IMG/VR virus record: IMGVR_UViG_3300032318_001123 | Coordinates: 2,489 to 66,488 of that record | Direction: 5' to 3' (one strand) | Origin: a virus | Taxonomy: Duplodnaviria; Caudoviricetes | Length of the DNA stretch: 64,000 nt | In this document: in pieces, positions 35,859-46,565 of the stretch | Numbering within the stretch: the stretch's first letter is position 1 | How the letters are laid out: each line of letters opens with the position of its first letter | Made by a program: the position numbers and the translations under genes | The notes under the pieces: model-generated | Told to the model about the DNA's origin: nothing | What the model saw: the letters and a program-made list of their open reading frames with translations, nothing else | The model's database searches: none

Positions 35859-36100
35859 CGGCAGCACTTTGCGGGTGCGTATCTTCGTACCCTCCGCGCC
35901 CCTACCCTTGGAACTTTCCGCCCGTGGAAGAATGGAACGCCCCATTTGAGATGTCTTGGGTAAATTTTGTAGATACGGTCCGTAGGGTTACCGCACCCAA
36001 AGGGAAAATCTACGACTCACTAATGCGTAACTACCAACCCGATTTCAGCATACATGAACTACAGACACACAGAACCACAAAGACGAGCGGCCCTAATTAG
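35828..36100 (+). CDS. Putative Pro-rich lipoprotein
   Basis: Lipobox-like AALCG-C followed by YPPRPYPWNFPP. Confidence 0.45.
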   Translation: MVLRIQGAILAAALCGCVSSYPPRPYPWNFPPVEEWNAPFEMSWVNFVDTVRRVTAPKGKIYDSLMRNYQPDFSIHELQTHRTTKTSGPN

Positions 36101-36296
36101 AGGCCTTGAACACCTAGCGTTCTGGGCCGAGGTCCAGAGATCTAGCGAAAAATCCATAACCGACATACTGCAGGCCCTACGTCAACGGGTACGCAAGCTG
36201 GAGGAGAATATTGTATCCGCTGGCCAGCGACCGCCGCCATCGGAGACTACTTCTTCCAGCACCAATCCGGTAGGCTTTCTCTCATCTCAGGAGTGA
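36054..36296 (+). CDS. Hypothetical protein
   Basis: Last plus-strand ORF, overlaps the convergent gene end. Confidence 0.45.
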   Translation: MNYRHTEPQRRAALIRGLEHLAFWAEVQRSSEKSITDILQALRQRVRKLEENIVSAGQRPPPSETTSSSTNPVGFLSSQE

Positions 36297-36840
36297 GCCC
36301 TTGATCCAAGGTTTCCTTGGGCACCCAGACCTGCACTTTATTGACGCAACCGCATACTTGGCAGTTGCGTAGTTGCGTATCATGAGGAGTCTGTCTGTCG
36401 CCTGTGGCGTTAAAGATCATACTCGCAATATTGGTACAGCCTGCACAGCCTTGAACGTTCACGTTGTACGGACATGTTGTGCAAATATGTGCTCTGCGAT
36501 CAGCCTCTTCTTGCTCCACTAGAGTTGGATTTTGAAGTAGCCAATGCTTGAGAACTTTTAGAAAACTCACCACATCATGCATACCAAGAACCCTCTGTTT
36601 CAAAGGCGTAGGTTCTTCTTGAAGACAACGCGGTTCACCCCACCCCTGCTGCTGACAGACCTCGCTACCAATGGTCTCTTCGAAGTTAGGTCCGAGAGAC
36701 ATACCATTGGCGAGGCGATAGCTTCGTATGCGAGTGATCAGATCATTCCAAGTCGGGGCTGTAATTTTGAAATCTGTGTACGGATGCACATAAACCCAAC
36801 CACCACTGGGAACCACATTATCAATCTTTAACTTAATCAT
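36247..36840 (-). CDS. Cys-rich metal-binding protein
   Basis: R..IC..CP.N, CxxC, CxxCGC, WCW. Confidence 0.7.
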   Translation of the reverse strand: MIKLKIDNVVPSGGWVYVHPYTDFKITAPTWNDLITRIRSYRLANGMSLGPNFEETIGSEVCQQQGWGEPRCLQEEPTPLKQRVLGMHDVVSFLKVLKHWLLQNPTLVEQEEADRRAHICTTCPYNVNVQGCAGCTNIASMIFNATGDRQTPHDTQLRNCQVCGCVNKVQVWVPKETLDQGLTPEMRESLPDWCWKK

Positions 36841-36918
36841 TTTATGGATACCAAAACTAAAGTCAAACTAGCCACTGAAATCGTAGCAACCGTAGTCATT
36901 ACTCCAATACCTTTTTTA

Positions 36919-39900
36919 CTACTTATTCTGTTGATTACGTTCCTGTACCGTCTTTAGGAAGATACTCCTACGAGCCTTGCCCTCTTCGATACTTGGCGCA
37001 TTCCTGAGCGTAGTCTCCAAGGTAATCGGAGATACTCTGAGTCTTGGAATTCTACCAGCCACAATACTGGCTGCATCTACATCGCTCAGCGTCTCGCTCA
37101 AGATACGTATAGCCGCTGGTTTAGGTACGCCTAGTCTAATTGCAGCCGAGTATGCTTTGATCATGTCATCGTATAGCTTATCGTGAGCAAATACCGCGTT
37201 GTCGTAAGCAGCGGGAATATCGCTTAAGTCGACGCTTCCACGACTGTTAAGAACACTTGTCAGTAGTTGTTTCGCTTCAGATTGATTAGCCAAGAATGCC
37301 CTAGTCTTATTAGCTAAGCTAGTCTGGGCATCCACTTCACCCATTCGCTGGCCAGTAAAAATACCGGATAATTCGTTAGATAGGTCATAGCTCTTGGCTT
37401 GTTTAGACACCTGACCAGTGGCTGCTTTGTACACACGCCTACCCGCTCCACTAATAACTCCGGGTGCGAGCATGTTAGCGAGATACCCAAGTTTTGTGGC
37501 AGTAATATTCAGCGGTGTATCTTGTTCGTTCCAAATGGGGCCACCCTGTGCTGTGCGATTTCTGGCCAAGTCCATGATGGTACCGACAAACAACTGCTCG
37601 GATGCAAATGGATCGATCATCTGTGTAGCCGCATCCATAAACGCTTCGCCAACTCCACGCTCTCCACGCAACGCTCTAAAGAATGCAATGGCAGTCTCGG
37701 CCCTCATCTGTTGGGGATCCAGATAACTCAAATTTAAATAAGTAGCTTTCCCACCTTCGCGCTGTCCGATGTAGATCAATTGATCGTTTTTCTCATACTC
37801 GGGAACAAACTGACGCATAGCTTCATCGTCATCATCGTCATATCCAAATATAGCTTTGGCAGTAGCTGCCGCTACCGGAAGCAACGCAGCAGAGACCAAA
37901 GTTCCAGTAAGTGCTTTATAGCCATTCATCTGCATTGCAGAGTTTTTAGTCTCCCTACCAACTCGAATATCTTCTGCCGCTATACCAATTGTATTGGCTC
38001 CAGTTCTAAGAACTTCACTAGTCCACGTAATAAATGGAGCAATAAACGGAGTTCTACGAATCGACCGAGTAAGTTCTGGCGACATACTATATGTAGGCAG
38101 TTTATTTCGAACACGATTGGCCGCTTCCTGTTGAATCTGTGTTTCGCTCCAATCTGGATGAGCGTTCCGTTGGGATTTCTTCTCTTGTTCGTAGGCGAAG
38201 ACTTTCCAGAAATCATCGATTCCTTGGTAAATATTAGCTGCTTTATCGAAGACTGTTTTTGTAATACCAGTTGAAGTTTTTGCCAGACTCTTGAATTTTT
38301 GCTGCGCTTTGGTGTCTTTCCATAGAGAGTTTATTCCCGGCTGATCCATACTAGCTTGGATCATTTCTTTAAATAGACCGCTCTCAACATTGTCTCCAAT
38401 TACGCCATTGCGTACATATTCTTCTCTTAGGGCCTGCACACCTTCATCAAATTTTAATCCTGTGTTAGCCAAAGCCGCACGTACAGCCAGCTTGGCATTC
38501 TTCATCATTCGTATTGGGTCAGTGTAACTGACAAACCCACCGCTCAAGATCAACAACGGGTTACCCAAAAAGTTTCTAATATATCCCTGTGGGAAGTTAC
38601 CCACAGTCTTCATAGCCATGGTCCAAGCTGTAAGACCGGAGAACCATTTAGCCCATCCCTCTACAGTAGTAGTATCCCGCAAAGAGCGGAAAGCATCGCG
38701 GACATCTTTGGGAGCGTAAGCTTCTTTAAGTGGGTTGTATTCGCCGACAGTACCCGGAGGGTATATAGGTCGAAATCCTGCGGGAGCTTCAGTTCCTTCT
38801 GATACACCTTGTTTCCAGATGTACCCACCCTTGATACCAGCATCGAGTAACTCGCGACCTGTATCTGTTGCGGCCATAAATGCCGACATCTTAGCGACAG
38901 ACTTAACAAAGTTTGTCTCGTTATCTTCTATTTGCCCCCATAGTTCACGAATCTCTTTTGGTATTTGACCACGCTCTTTTATTATATCTAGCTTACGCTG
39001 TCCCGGAAGTAGACCAGTCAAAAGTAAATTATTCTCTTTGTCATCAGCCACACTCAAGTAGTCGACCAACATGTTATGAGCCTTAAGTGCGATATCATCT
39101 TTGTACGCTGAAGCTGCCTTTAGCGAATCATCGATGCTCATGTCGATCCCGTATTGTTTCTTCTCCATGCGGAGATCGCGAGCTATGTCAGCCTGAGCTT
39201 TCATGCGGAATAATCTATCCGCCGCATTCAAAATTCTCTCGTGCTCCGATCCCGGTTCTGGTTTCTCGAACAGTCTCTTCCACTCGGGGTTGTCGAAAAT
39301 TTGGTAGGATCTATGGAGGTAAACATTTCGGTTAGCCTCAACGACGAGCTTCATTTTTGATGTGAGGTAGTTCCCCTCAAGGAGTTTAGTACCCAAGCTA
39401 TCTATGGTATCCCGCATTTCACGGATTACAGATACAAGTTCACTGGGTAGTTTACTCTGGGCATCGGCAATTCTGGCTTCGGCTGTCTTGATGTTCTCTT
39501 CCATGAACTGACGTACCAGTGCGGCTCTATCTTTATCACTAGCCGCCGCTTTTAGCTGGCGGAACTGATCGTCGGTGTATTTGTTCTCCGTGGATCCAAG
39601 TGCTGTATTTAGGATATCCGTAGGTATATCCGTATCTTTCTTATACAACTTACCTAGAACACGTTTGTATTTCTTGACTAGAAATTCTGCTTTGGTGAGA
39701 TCGGCGGCAATCTTAAACTTCTTGCGAAGTTGGATATCGCGTTGCTGCGGAGTGAACTTACCAGACGATCCGAGACCACCAGTCTTCAGCGCGGTCTCGC
39801 TGTATCGCCCAGTGAACATAGCTTTTAGGTTACTCCACAGACCGCCTTTCTCCGGACCACCTAGCATACCCTCGCGGATACGTGTGTCGGGAGAGTATGA

Positions 39901-42900
39901 ATAAAAATTAAATGTCCCCTGTACAAGTTTACCATCTTCACTAAGTTTTCCAGCATCGTTAACTTGAGCCAATGTACGCTCGGCCTTGGGAACTTCGACC
40001 TTCGCGATCCGTCTAGCGGCATTCTCGTCACTTTTCGGCAGTGCTTCCGCGATAGCGTATTTTATCTCGGTAAATCGTTTATCATTAATTACCACATATC
40101 CGTCTTGATCAATCAACCTACTTATAACGTTGCGGACAGCTGTAGCCGTATTGATTGCCCGTGTGCCCGTCTTTTTTCCTCCGCGACCGGGAAGTTTAAC
40201 TATGAATTGCTTAAGTTCTTCCCCACCTTTGTAGCTTTCAAAAATGTTACCAACAAGATCGGCGTACTCAGGAGGAGCTTCACGCAATTCGAGGTCACTC
40301 TCTGGATAGACAGACTCTCCGTAAGCCATAGAGTCTAGTTCCCTAACCCCATCGCGAAGGTTCTTGAGTTGCTCGCGTAACGCAGGGTTACGCAGAGTCA
40401 TAACGTGCGTTTCAAATCTACGCCATATAGTTTTAATACTAGCAAGAATGCGCGCCAATAGACTTTTCTGCACACCCCTCAACTCTACCATTTCTTGAAC
40501 GGATTCTCCGCGCTTCATGCGTTCAGCTAACATGGTCAGATATTCCATCGCCAAGTTGACTTGGCGATCCTCGGACAAAAACTCGTCGCGTGCGGCTAAC
40601 CTATCGGCCTCGCTGGCAAATATGACTTGGTTAAAGTAAAGGTCAGCAGCCAGTTCTTTCTGAGCTGTATTCAGACTTTTCCCTATCTCTTTCAACAGCT
40701 TCACACCGATCTTCCGTAGTAATCCAAGATGGAAGTATTCGTGCATTCCTGCCGCACGGATAAACGTAGCGGCCTGACTATCGTCCATGTTGCGTATAGC
40801 TTCGGCTATACGTTGTGGATTCACAAATAGTGTGCGGCTTAGAGCATCATTAATGTGCATGCGCCCCCTACCATCCGTGATAATTACTTCACGGATTCCG
40901 GGATAGTGCTTACTGATAACCTCTTTAACAATACGTAGGGCTCGACCGGACTCCTCGGTAGTGGCTGGATTTTCACTAGGAACTGCCGTTTCCGGATCAG
41001 CCGAGTAGTGGTTCTTTGACGCACCTTTTTCAAAAGCCGCTGTGGATGCAAGCGGATTCTTGTCTAGATCACGCAGGACAGACATCGTGAAGTTAGATAC
41101 TTCATCTTGTGAAAATCCCTTGAGTTTGCCATCTTTGGCCAGTTTACGGCGCAAAGTAAGCATTTCACGGGCATGTTGTTTGATGTAAGCCTCAGACCCA
41201 CGATTGAGTTCTGGGTCAGCTGAAATAAGTCGGGCATGGCGCAGCGTGGTCTGACGATACACAAGCTCGTCGTAGTCAAGCATGTTGCGGAGGTTGTCGC
41301 CTTTGGTTTTGGAAACACGCTTCGGTTTTTCAACCACCCCTAGGCTCGGTTCATCGATAGCTTCCTCTGCTGGCATGGCACCCTCAAAATCCTCCAGCAT
41401 GGTTGATATAGACGGTTTATCTCCGTATACCTTGAACCCATCTTTAAATGGTGCATCGAGAGACACAACCTGTGGGCGGTATCTCTGCCTATCCAACAGC
41501 TTTTGTATAGCTTGCGAGAAAGCTCTTCTGGGGGTCACGTTCCTACCGCCCTTGCGGAAAGACTCTGCATAAAGAATGCCCGCAATTTGAGTCACTCTTG
41601 AGTCATCAACATTGGCGTTAGTCTCCCATGTGTTAAAAAATTTTATGGCGTTTTCGATGAGTTTTACTTGATCCCCACTCAACGGTTTCTGCCTTGAGAC
41701 AACCTCGCTCTTTTCGTTTCTACTTACTCCATCAATGACATCGGCAATTTCAATCAACTCCTCGCGCAGCGGCTTGAAGTCGGTGTCCATAACTGTTTGC
41801 GCCTCTATGGCCGCATCCACCAGTTGACCCGGAGCAGTCACTCGTGTTCCGCCATTGATCGCCGACACGGCAGAAGTAACTTCTCCGGTATTCGGATCAA
41901 AAGTAATTCCCGGAGCCACTTTCTGACGCATGTCCTCTGGTACAACCAGTTTGCGCCCTTGATCCAATTGACGGGCTGTAGTTTCGCTGTCGTTTACAAA
42001 AACATCCTCAAACGACACGTTTAGATTACCAGATAAGTATTCGACAGCATCGAACAAAATACCCTCGGCACCATCGGCTTCTACGAATCGTGCGTAATCG
42101 AAAAGTTCACCTTCGGTAGACGGAGGCGCAACTAGTAACTCAGGATTAGGATCTGGAGAACTCGCCGTTAACGCAAACTCCATTACCTGCTGTCTTGTTT
42201 TATCAATTAATGTATTTAGTCGACTTTCAAGGTTAGCGGATTCTTTTTGGAGACTGCCGAGAAGTTCTTGAATTTCTTTTGTCTTAATTACTACACCGGG
42301 TCTACCTTCACCGGGCGCACCTTGCATAGGTTTGTTACCGTACTCCGTAACAGTTAACTCAGAAACCGGAATTACCCTTGTATCTGTTTTAGAAAATTCA
42401 ACTGGTACACCCAAATTTTTACCGCCAACTACAAGTGAGCGAGGAGGTAGGGGGAAAGGTTTAGCAATTACTACTCCAGACTCGCCCTTAGATGTTATAA
42501 CTTTACTGCCAGCCCAACGTAATCCTAACTCTCCTACTACGGTCGGGGATGTTTCTCTTTCGGAAAGAGAAAGCAGACGTTGACGAGTCTCTCGTATTTT
42601 CGCGTCTATTTCGTCTTTCTTTTCAATGAGACGCTGGATTTTCGGTAAACTCTTTGCAACTTTTTCGCTCATAGCAGCCGGGGCAACTGCTTCTGGACGT
42701 TCAATAACTAGCGTTCCAACAACATCCCCAATATCATCTTTTATCTCATACGATCCGTTCGGGAGAGTTGCTAGATAGGCGCGGACTTTAGTTCGATTGT
42801 TGAAGATGGTATCCTCAATCTCCTCTTGCGTAGTGTTTGGATCGGGAGATTCTAAAACTAGATCAGCTGCATTTGTCAGCGAGCCCGGACTTGTAACCGT

Positions 42901-45900
42901 TGTCGAGATGCGATTTGGAATGCGTAGCTCCCCGTCCAAGTCGGAAGTGAACTCAATGGTCTCAGGATTTGTGATACCGAGATCATTAGCCAGCTGGGTC
43001 TGCGCGTTCCGCTGAATAGACTTAAGCGTAACGATAAGCCCGGAAGTTTCTTTGTCCGGTCGGATCTGTGTTCTGGCTTCCTTGAGTTGTTTCTTCGTGC
43101 GCCCTATGTAGTTATAGAGTCGCTTGATAACAGTACCCATGGAAGGGACGGCCTGCGTTTTACGGGCCTGCTCATAGAGGGACGCTTCTTCTTTGGAATC
43201 CGGGATTACTTGAGTCGGGGCAGCGACTCCTTGCTGCAGATCCGTGTTCGCTTGGTCCATGACTTCACGAACAAAATTCTTGAGTGACTTACGACCATTC
43301 CACCCCTTGCCTTTCATGTCCGCTTCGATCTCATCGAAGGAACGGCGAATGGTGCGAACCCCAGAATCGCTAGCTTCTTTGACAAGGTTCTGGCGGTATT
43401 CGATCAGACCTCCGGGCATAACTCCCTCGGTTCTTTGTGGCGGTGTTATCTGTACCTGCGGACGCTCGCCTTCCGGTGCAGGGGCTAGCGGAAGTGTAGG
43501 TTCGGTTGTTGGGGTGGGGATTGTAGTTGATTTGGTGCGCGAAGTAATAGGAACTGACCCTATACCACCCCTTTCGGATGCTCGCTTGGCATACTCCCTA
43601 GCCTGCTCTTCCGTCTCAAAACTTTCATGTGTTAGTGACTCGCTACCTTGAAATATCGATACACGCCATTTCTTTTCTGGCTGACCCTGTGTAACAGCCC
43701 CAAGCTGTTCTGCTTCTGGGTCTGTAGTAGTTTCTCTTACCTGACCTTCTAAAGTATTCTTAGAAACAATAAATTTATTAGGACTTCCAGAAAGAAGCTC
43801 GCCAGTTTCCGGATCTCTTCTTTCGTAGGCAAAAGGAGCGGAAACTGTAGGAACTGCGGGAGTAATAGTAACCTGCGGACGCTCACCAGTCGGAGCCGGG
43901 GTCAGCGGCAAAGCAGCGGTGCGCTCCTCAAGCGGCCTCAACTCCGGAGTCTGCGCACGGGCGGTATTCCATGCTTCCTGCAAGTAATCTTTAATGCCAT
44001 CCCACATGTCGGGGAAGTCTTGTTGGACACGAGCCGACCAGTCGGAGAAGCGGACGATACCTTCCTTGGCATAGTTGACCGCGAGTTTAACAGCCAGAAA
44101 CGCCAACTCAGGATCGGCACCCATGGATGCCTGCCCAAGTTTACCGCGCATCTGAGAGCGAATATCCTCCCGTTCAGTTTTGAGTTCCTCCAGTCTGGCT
44201 AGACGTTGCTGCGCTTTCTTGAAAGCTTCGTCGGTTGTTGCAGCAGCTGGTTCGGTGATGGCGGGAGCCGCGCCTGTTTCCGTTACGCTCGGAGCCGGGG
44301 TCTGCGCTCTGCGCGTACGTTCAGCGTTAATCTGCTGGAGTGCGTTGTTAGCCTGTGCTATTTGAACTTCATCCGTAGCTGTCTCGGACTTCTGTTGTTG
44401 GATAGTCTCTTCCTGATCCAGTTCGTCTTCGGTAAGGGCTTGCAAGCCTGTTGGGGCTGGAGCAGTTGGAGCGGCAGGTGTAGTGGCGGGAGCGGGAAAA
44501 GCAGGTGTAGTGGCGGGTGCGGCAGGGGCAGGTGCTACACCCTCGGCAGCTTGGAACAAAGGTAACCCTGCAGCAGGGGTGAACGGTGTCAGAGTTTCGC
44601 CGCGTTGACGTTTCTCCATCAATACAGTCGGTAAAGTCTTACGACCAATATCACCCAATCCGTTTTCTGTAAGCCACCCCATCACTTGTTCTGGGTTTTG
44701 CACTTCGGAAAGGCTACGGGTTCCCTGAGGAACTACGTTGTTGTCTGCAAGGAGCTTTAGAACTCCAACAGCAGAATTGAGACCCATCTTCTCCTCAACA
44801 AATTTACGGAAAGTATCTTGTTTTGGTAGTCCAAAAGTAGCCTCGCGCTCCTGTTCGACCTGCTCCGGAGTACGTAGTAAAGCAGGCGATGGTGCAGCAG
44901 TAACAGGTGTGGGTGCTGCGGTAACGACTGGAACGGGGGTAGCAGCAACGGGAGCAACCGGGGCGGGAGTGGTGGTAGCGGGAGCGGGTGCTGCGGTAAC
45001 GACTGGAGCGGGGGCTGCGGCCTGTGCAGCCTGTTGCCTACGGAGATATTCGGCACGGGCGTTATCCAGAGCAAGTTGTAAAGATGCCCCGGATTGCGGG
45101 CTAATCTTTTGAGCCTCTACAATAAGAGTCCCTAACTCCTTGCCCTTGGCTACCAAGTCTTCGTCCGTGAGTTTCTGCAGAGCTTCGGGTTTATACTCAT
45201 CAGCCACCTCAATGACTGCAGCAGTCCCGGCAACGGTTGGCGAAGGTGTGACAGCAATCGGAGGTTTCTGCTCTTTGGCTGCGGCTTCTGTGGCGGCTTT
45301 TTCTTCTGCGGTTGGCTCAATAGTCAAAGCACGCAGACGTTCTTGATCGGTGCTCTCCGTCATAGACTTGACGGTAGTATCGCGCACAGCTTTAGCGGTC
45401 AGCGGTGCATTGTTTTCTTGGAGCGTTTGTTCAACTTTAAGCGTCTCAGAAATCTTCTTGTCCTCGACAGCCTTCGCCGCACCCATATTTGACGCTATCT
45501 TACCCTGTACGATTTGTAGACCGCCCGGAGCCGCTTCTCCCATGATTTCACCAAATACTGCTTTACCCTGTATAGGCTCCCCAGCAACCAAGGATCCTGC
45601 AACTTCCCCGCCACCACCCAAAGCAGCTTGTATCCCTAGTTCGGTAGTAGCCTCACGTGTCGGAGTCTTAACCGCCGCCTGTGCAACTCTGCCGAGTGGC
45701 GAGGTAACGGCTGCGCGCACTACAGATTTCTCCGGAGCTTTTAGTGCAGTCTCAACAATCTTCCCCACACGACCGCCAATTCCAGCAGAAACAGCCTCAA
45801 ACGCCGCGACAGGAATACCGTGCTCAAAAGCTTTAGTCTTGGCATCATCAACAAGTTTTTGATTCGAGAAGAACTGGACGATACTGTCCGGATTCTTCAT

Positions 45901-46563
45901 ATCCATCCCAGCATTTTGTAGTTCCTCCAGAACTTTGCTACCGTATTCAGTAGCTAAAGATCCAGCAAATGTTCCGGTGATTTGACCAGCAGTAAACCCA
46001 GCGGCAGTGCCTAAACCGGGAACTACTGAACCAACTCCAGCACCAGCTAGACCTGCCGTTGTACCAGCAGCCAACGCTGGAACGCTACCAGCCAAGCCTT
46101 CGGCAACGATATTCGTCGTTACTTCGATAGGATTTGTAGCAAATGCTTTAACCGCGTCCCACCCTTCGGCCTCTTGGTACGCCTTGTACCCCGGAGCAAG
46201 GTTACGAGCTTGCTTGTTGTATTCGAGTTTGGAGATTTCCTTGGCTTCGTCTGGAGTGACGCCACCAGTAACTGCCAAAGCTTGCTGCGAGGAATCCCAA
46301 GCATTAGCTGCTGAGTTTATGATACCCTCAATAGTCCCGACTTCTTTGGGGACGAGAGATGTGAACTCTTCATTTTTCTTGGCTACGAAACTCTGGAAGT
46401 TGTTGCGCGGCGTATCGTCGATAAATCCGCCGAAGGAGTTTCCGTATTCTTTAACTTTGGTTGCCCAGTTGTTGAATACTTGCTGTTTGACTTCGGGAGT
46501 CAGTTGTTGAAACCGATCGTCATTCTCAATCTCGCCCCATGGTTGAGGTTTTCGAATAGCCAT
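36919..46563 (-). CDS. Giant (3214 aa) internal virion / large polyvalent-type protein
   Basis: Gly/Ala membrane-like N-terminal segment, Pro/Ala/Thr linker, HEYFH zincin motif, helical C-terminus; last of an ascending-size gene series. Confidence 0.7.
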   Translation of the reverse strand: MAIRKPQPWGEIENDDRFQQLTPEVKQQVFNNWATKVKEYGNSFGGFIDDTPRNNFQSFVAKKNEEFTSLVPKEVGTIEGIINSAANAWDSSQQALAVTGGVTPDEAKEISKLEYNKQARNLAPGYKAYQEAEGWDAVKAFATNPIEVTTNIVAEGLAGSVPALAAGTTAGLAGAGVGSVVPGLGTAAGFTAGQITGTFAGSLATEYGSKVLEELQNAGMDMKNPDSIVQFFSNQKLVDDAKTKAFEHGIPVAAFEAVSAGIGGRVGKIVETALKAPEKSVVRAAVTSPLGRVAQAAVKTPTREATTELGIQAALGGGGEVAGSLVAGEPIQGKAVFGEIMGEAAPGGLQIVQGKIASNMGAAKAVEDKKISETLKVEQTLQENNAPLTAKAVRDTTVKSMTESTDQERLRALTIEPTAEEKAATEAAAKEQKPPIAVTPSPTVAGTAAVIEVADEYKPEALQKLTDEDLVAKGKELGTLIVEAQKISPQSGASLQLALDNARAEYLRRQQAAQAAAPAPVVTAAPAPATTTPAPVAPVAATPVPVVTAAPTPVTAAPSPALLRTPEQVEQEREATFGLPKQDTFRKFVEEKMGLNSAVGVLKLLADNNVVPQGTRSLSEVQNPEQVMGWLTENGLGDIGRKTLPTVLMEKRQRGETLTPFTPAAGLPLFQAAEGVAPAPAAPATTPAFPAPATTPAAPTAPAPTGLQALTEDELDQEETIQQQKSETATDEVQIAQANNALQQINAERTRRAQTPAPSVTETGAAPAITEPAAATTDEAFKKAQQRLARLEELKTEREDIRSQMRGKLGQASMGADPELAFLAVKLAVNYAKEGIVRFSDWSARVQQDFPDMWDGIKDYLQEAWNTARAQTPELRPLEERTAALPLTPAPTGERPQVTITPAVPTVSAPFAYERRDPETGELLSGSPNKFIVSKNTLEGQVRETTTDPEAEQLGAVTQGQPEKKWRVSIFQGSESLTHESFETEEQAREYAKRASERGGIGSVPITSRTKSTTIPTPTTEPTLPLAPAPEGERPQVQITPPQRTEGVMPGGLIEYRQNLVKEASDSGVRTIRRSFDEIEADMKGKGWNGRKSLKNFVREVMDQANTDLQQGVAAPTQVIPDSKEEASLYEQARKTQAVPSMGTVIKRLYNYIGRTKKQLKEARTQIRPDKETSGLIVTLKSIQRNAQTQLANDLGITNPETIEFTSDLDGELRIPNRISTTVTSPGSLTNAADLVLESPDPNTTQEEIEDTIFNNRTKVRAYLATLPNGSYEIKDDIGDVVGTLVIERPEAVAPAAMSEKVAKSLPKIQRLIEKKDEIDAKIRETRQRLLSLSERETSPTVVGELGLRWAGSKVITSKGESGVVIAKPFPLPPRSLVVGGKNLGVPVEFSKTDTRVIPVSELTVTEYGNKPMQGAPGEGRPGVVIKTKEIQELLGSLQKESANLESRLNTLIDKTRQQVMEFALTASSPDPNPELLVAPPSTEGELFDYARFVEADGAEGILFDAVEYLSGNLNVSFEDVFVNDSETTARQLDQGRKLVVPEDMRQKVAPGITFDPNTGEVTSAVSAINGGTRVTAPGQLVDAAIEAQTVMDTDFKPLREELIEIADVIDGVSRNEKSEVVSRQKPLSGDQVKLIENAIKFFNTWETNANVDDSRVTQIAGILYAESFRKGGRNVTPRRAFSQAIQKLLDRQRYRPQVVSLDAPFKDGFKVYGDKPSISTMLEDFEGAMPAEEAIDEPSLGVVEKPKRVSKTKGDNLRNMLDYDELVYRQTTLRHARLISADPELNRGSEAYIKQHAREMLTLRRKLAKDGKLKGFSQDEVSNFTMSVLRDLDKNPLASTAAFEKGASKNHYSADPETAVPSENPATTEESGRALRIVKEVISKHYPGIREVIITDGRGRMHINDALSRTLFVNPQRIAEAIRNMDDSQAATFIRAAGMHEYFHLGLLRKIGVKLLKEIGKSLNTAQKELAADLYFNQVIFASEADRLAARDEFLSEDRQVNLAMEYLTMLAERMKRGESVQEMVELRGVQKSLLARILASIKTIWRRFETHVMTLRNPALREQLKNLRDGVRELDSMAYGESVYPESDLELREAPPEYADLVGNIFESYKGGEELKQFIVKLPGRGGKKTGTRAINTATAVRNVISRLIDQDGYVVINDKRFTEIKYAIAEALPKSDENAARRIAKVEVPKAERTLAQVNDAGKLSEDGKLVQGTFNFYSYSPDTRIREGMLGGPEKGGLWSNLKAMFTGRYSETALKTGGLGSSGKFTPQQRDIQLRKKFKIAADLTKAEFLVKKYKRVLGKLYKKDTDIPTDILNTALGSTENKYTDDQFRQLKAAASDKDRAALVRQFMEENIKTAEARIADAQSKLPSELVSVIREMRDTIDSLGTKLLEGNYLTSKMKLVVEANRNVYLHRSYQIFDNPEWKRLFEKPEPGSEHERILNAADRLFRMKAQADIARDLRMEKKQYGIDMSIDDSLKAASAYKDDIALKAHNMLVDYLSVADDKENNLLLTGLLPGQRKLDIIKERGQIPKEIRELWGQIEDNETNFVKSVAKMSAFMAATDTGRELLDAGIKGGYIWKQGVSEGTEAPAGFRPIYPPGTVGEYNPLKEAYAPKDVRDAFRSLRDTTTVEGWAKWFSGLTAWTMAMKTVGNFPQGYIRNFLGNPLLILSGGFVSYTDPIRMMKNAKLAVRAALANTGLKFDEGVQALREEYVRNGVIGDNVESGLFKEMIQASMDQPGINSLWKDTKAQQKFKSLAKTSTGITKTVFDKAANIYQGIDDFWKVFAYEQEKKSQRNAHPDWSETQIQQEAANRVRNKLPTYSMSPELTRSIRRTPFIAPFITWTSEVLRTGANTIGIAAEDIRVGRETKNSAMQMNGYKALTGTLVSAALLPVAAATAKAIFGYDDDDDEAMRQFVPEYEKNDQLIYIGQREGGKATYLNLSYLDPQQMRAETAIAFFRALRGERGVGEAFMDAATQMIDPFASEQLFVGTIMDLARNRTAQGGPIWNEQDTPLNITATKLGYLANMLAPGVISGAGRRVYKAATGQVSKQAKSYDLSNELSGIFTGQRMGEVDAQTSLANKTRAFLANQSEAKQLLTSVLNSRGSVDLSDIPAAYDNAVFAHDKLYDDMIKAYSAAIRLGVPKPAAIRILSETLSDVDAASIVAGRIPRLRVSPITLETTLRNAPSIEEGKARRSIFLKTVQERNQQNK

Positions 46564-46565
46564 GG

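Noticed and set aside
35828-36296. Lipoprotein plus overlapping ORF as a spanin pair
   Set aside because: No upstream inner-membrane coiled-coil partner, and far from the lysis cluster
15455-36310. Recurring CCTTG(A/G)(A/T)CC motif after several gene ends (e.g. 23968, 26692, 36299)
   Set aside because: It also occurs inside coding sequence; enrichment cannot be established without a count against background
36919-46563. Giant protein as a virion RNA polymerase (N4- or crAss-like)
   Set aside because: No DxDxD (closest is DLDGE) and no T7-type motif A/B/C recognised; not excluded without structure prediction
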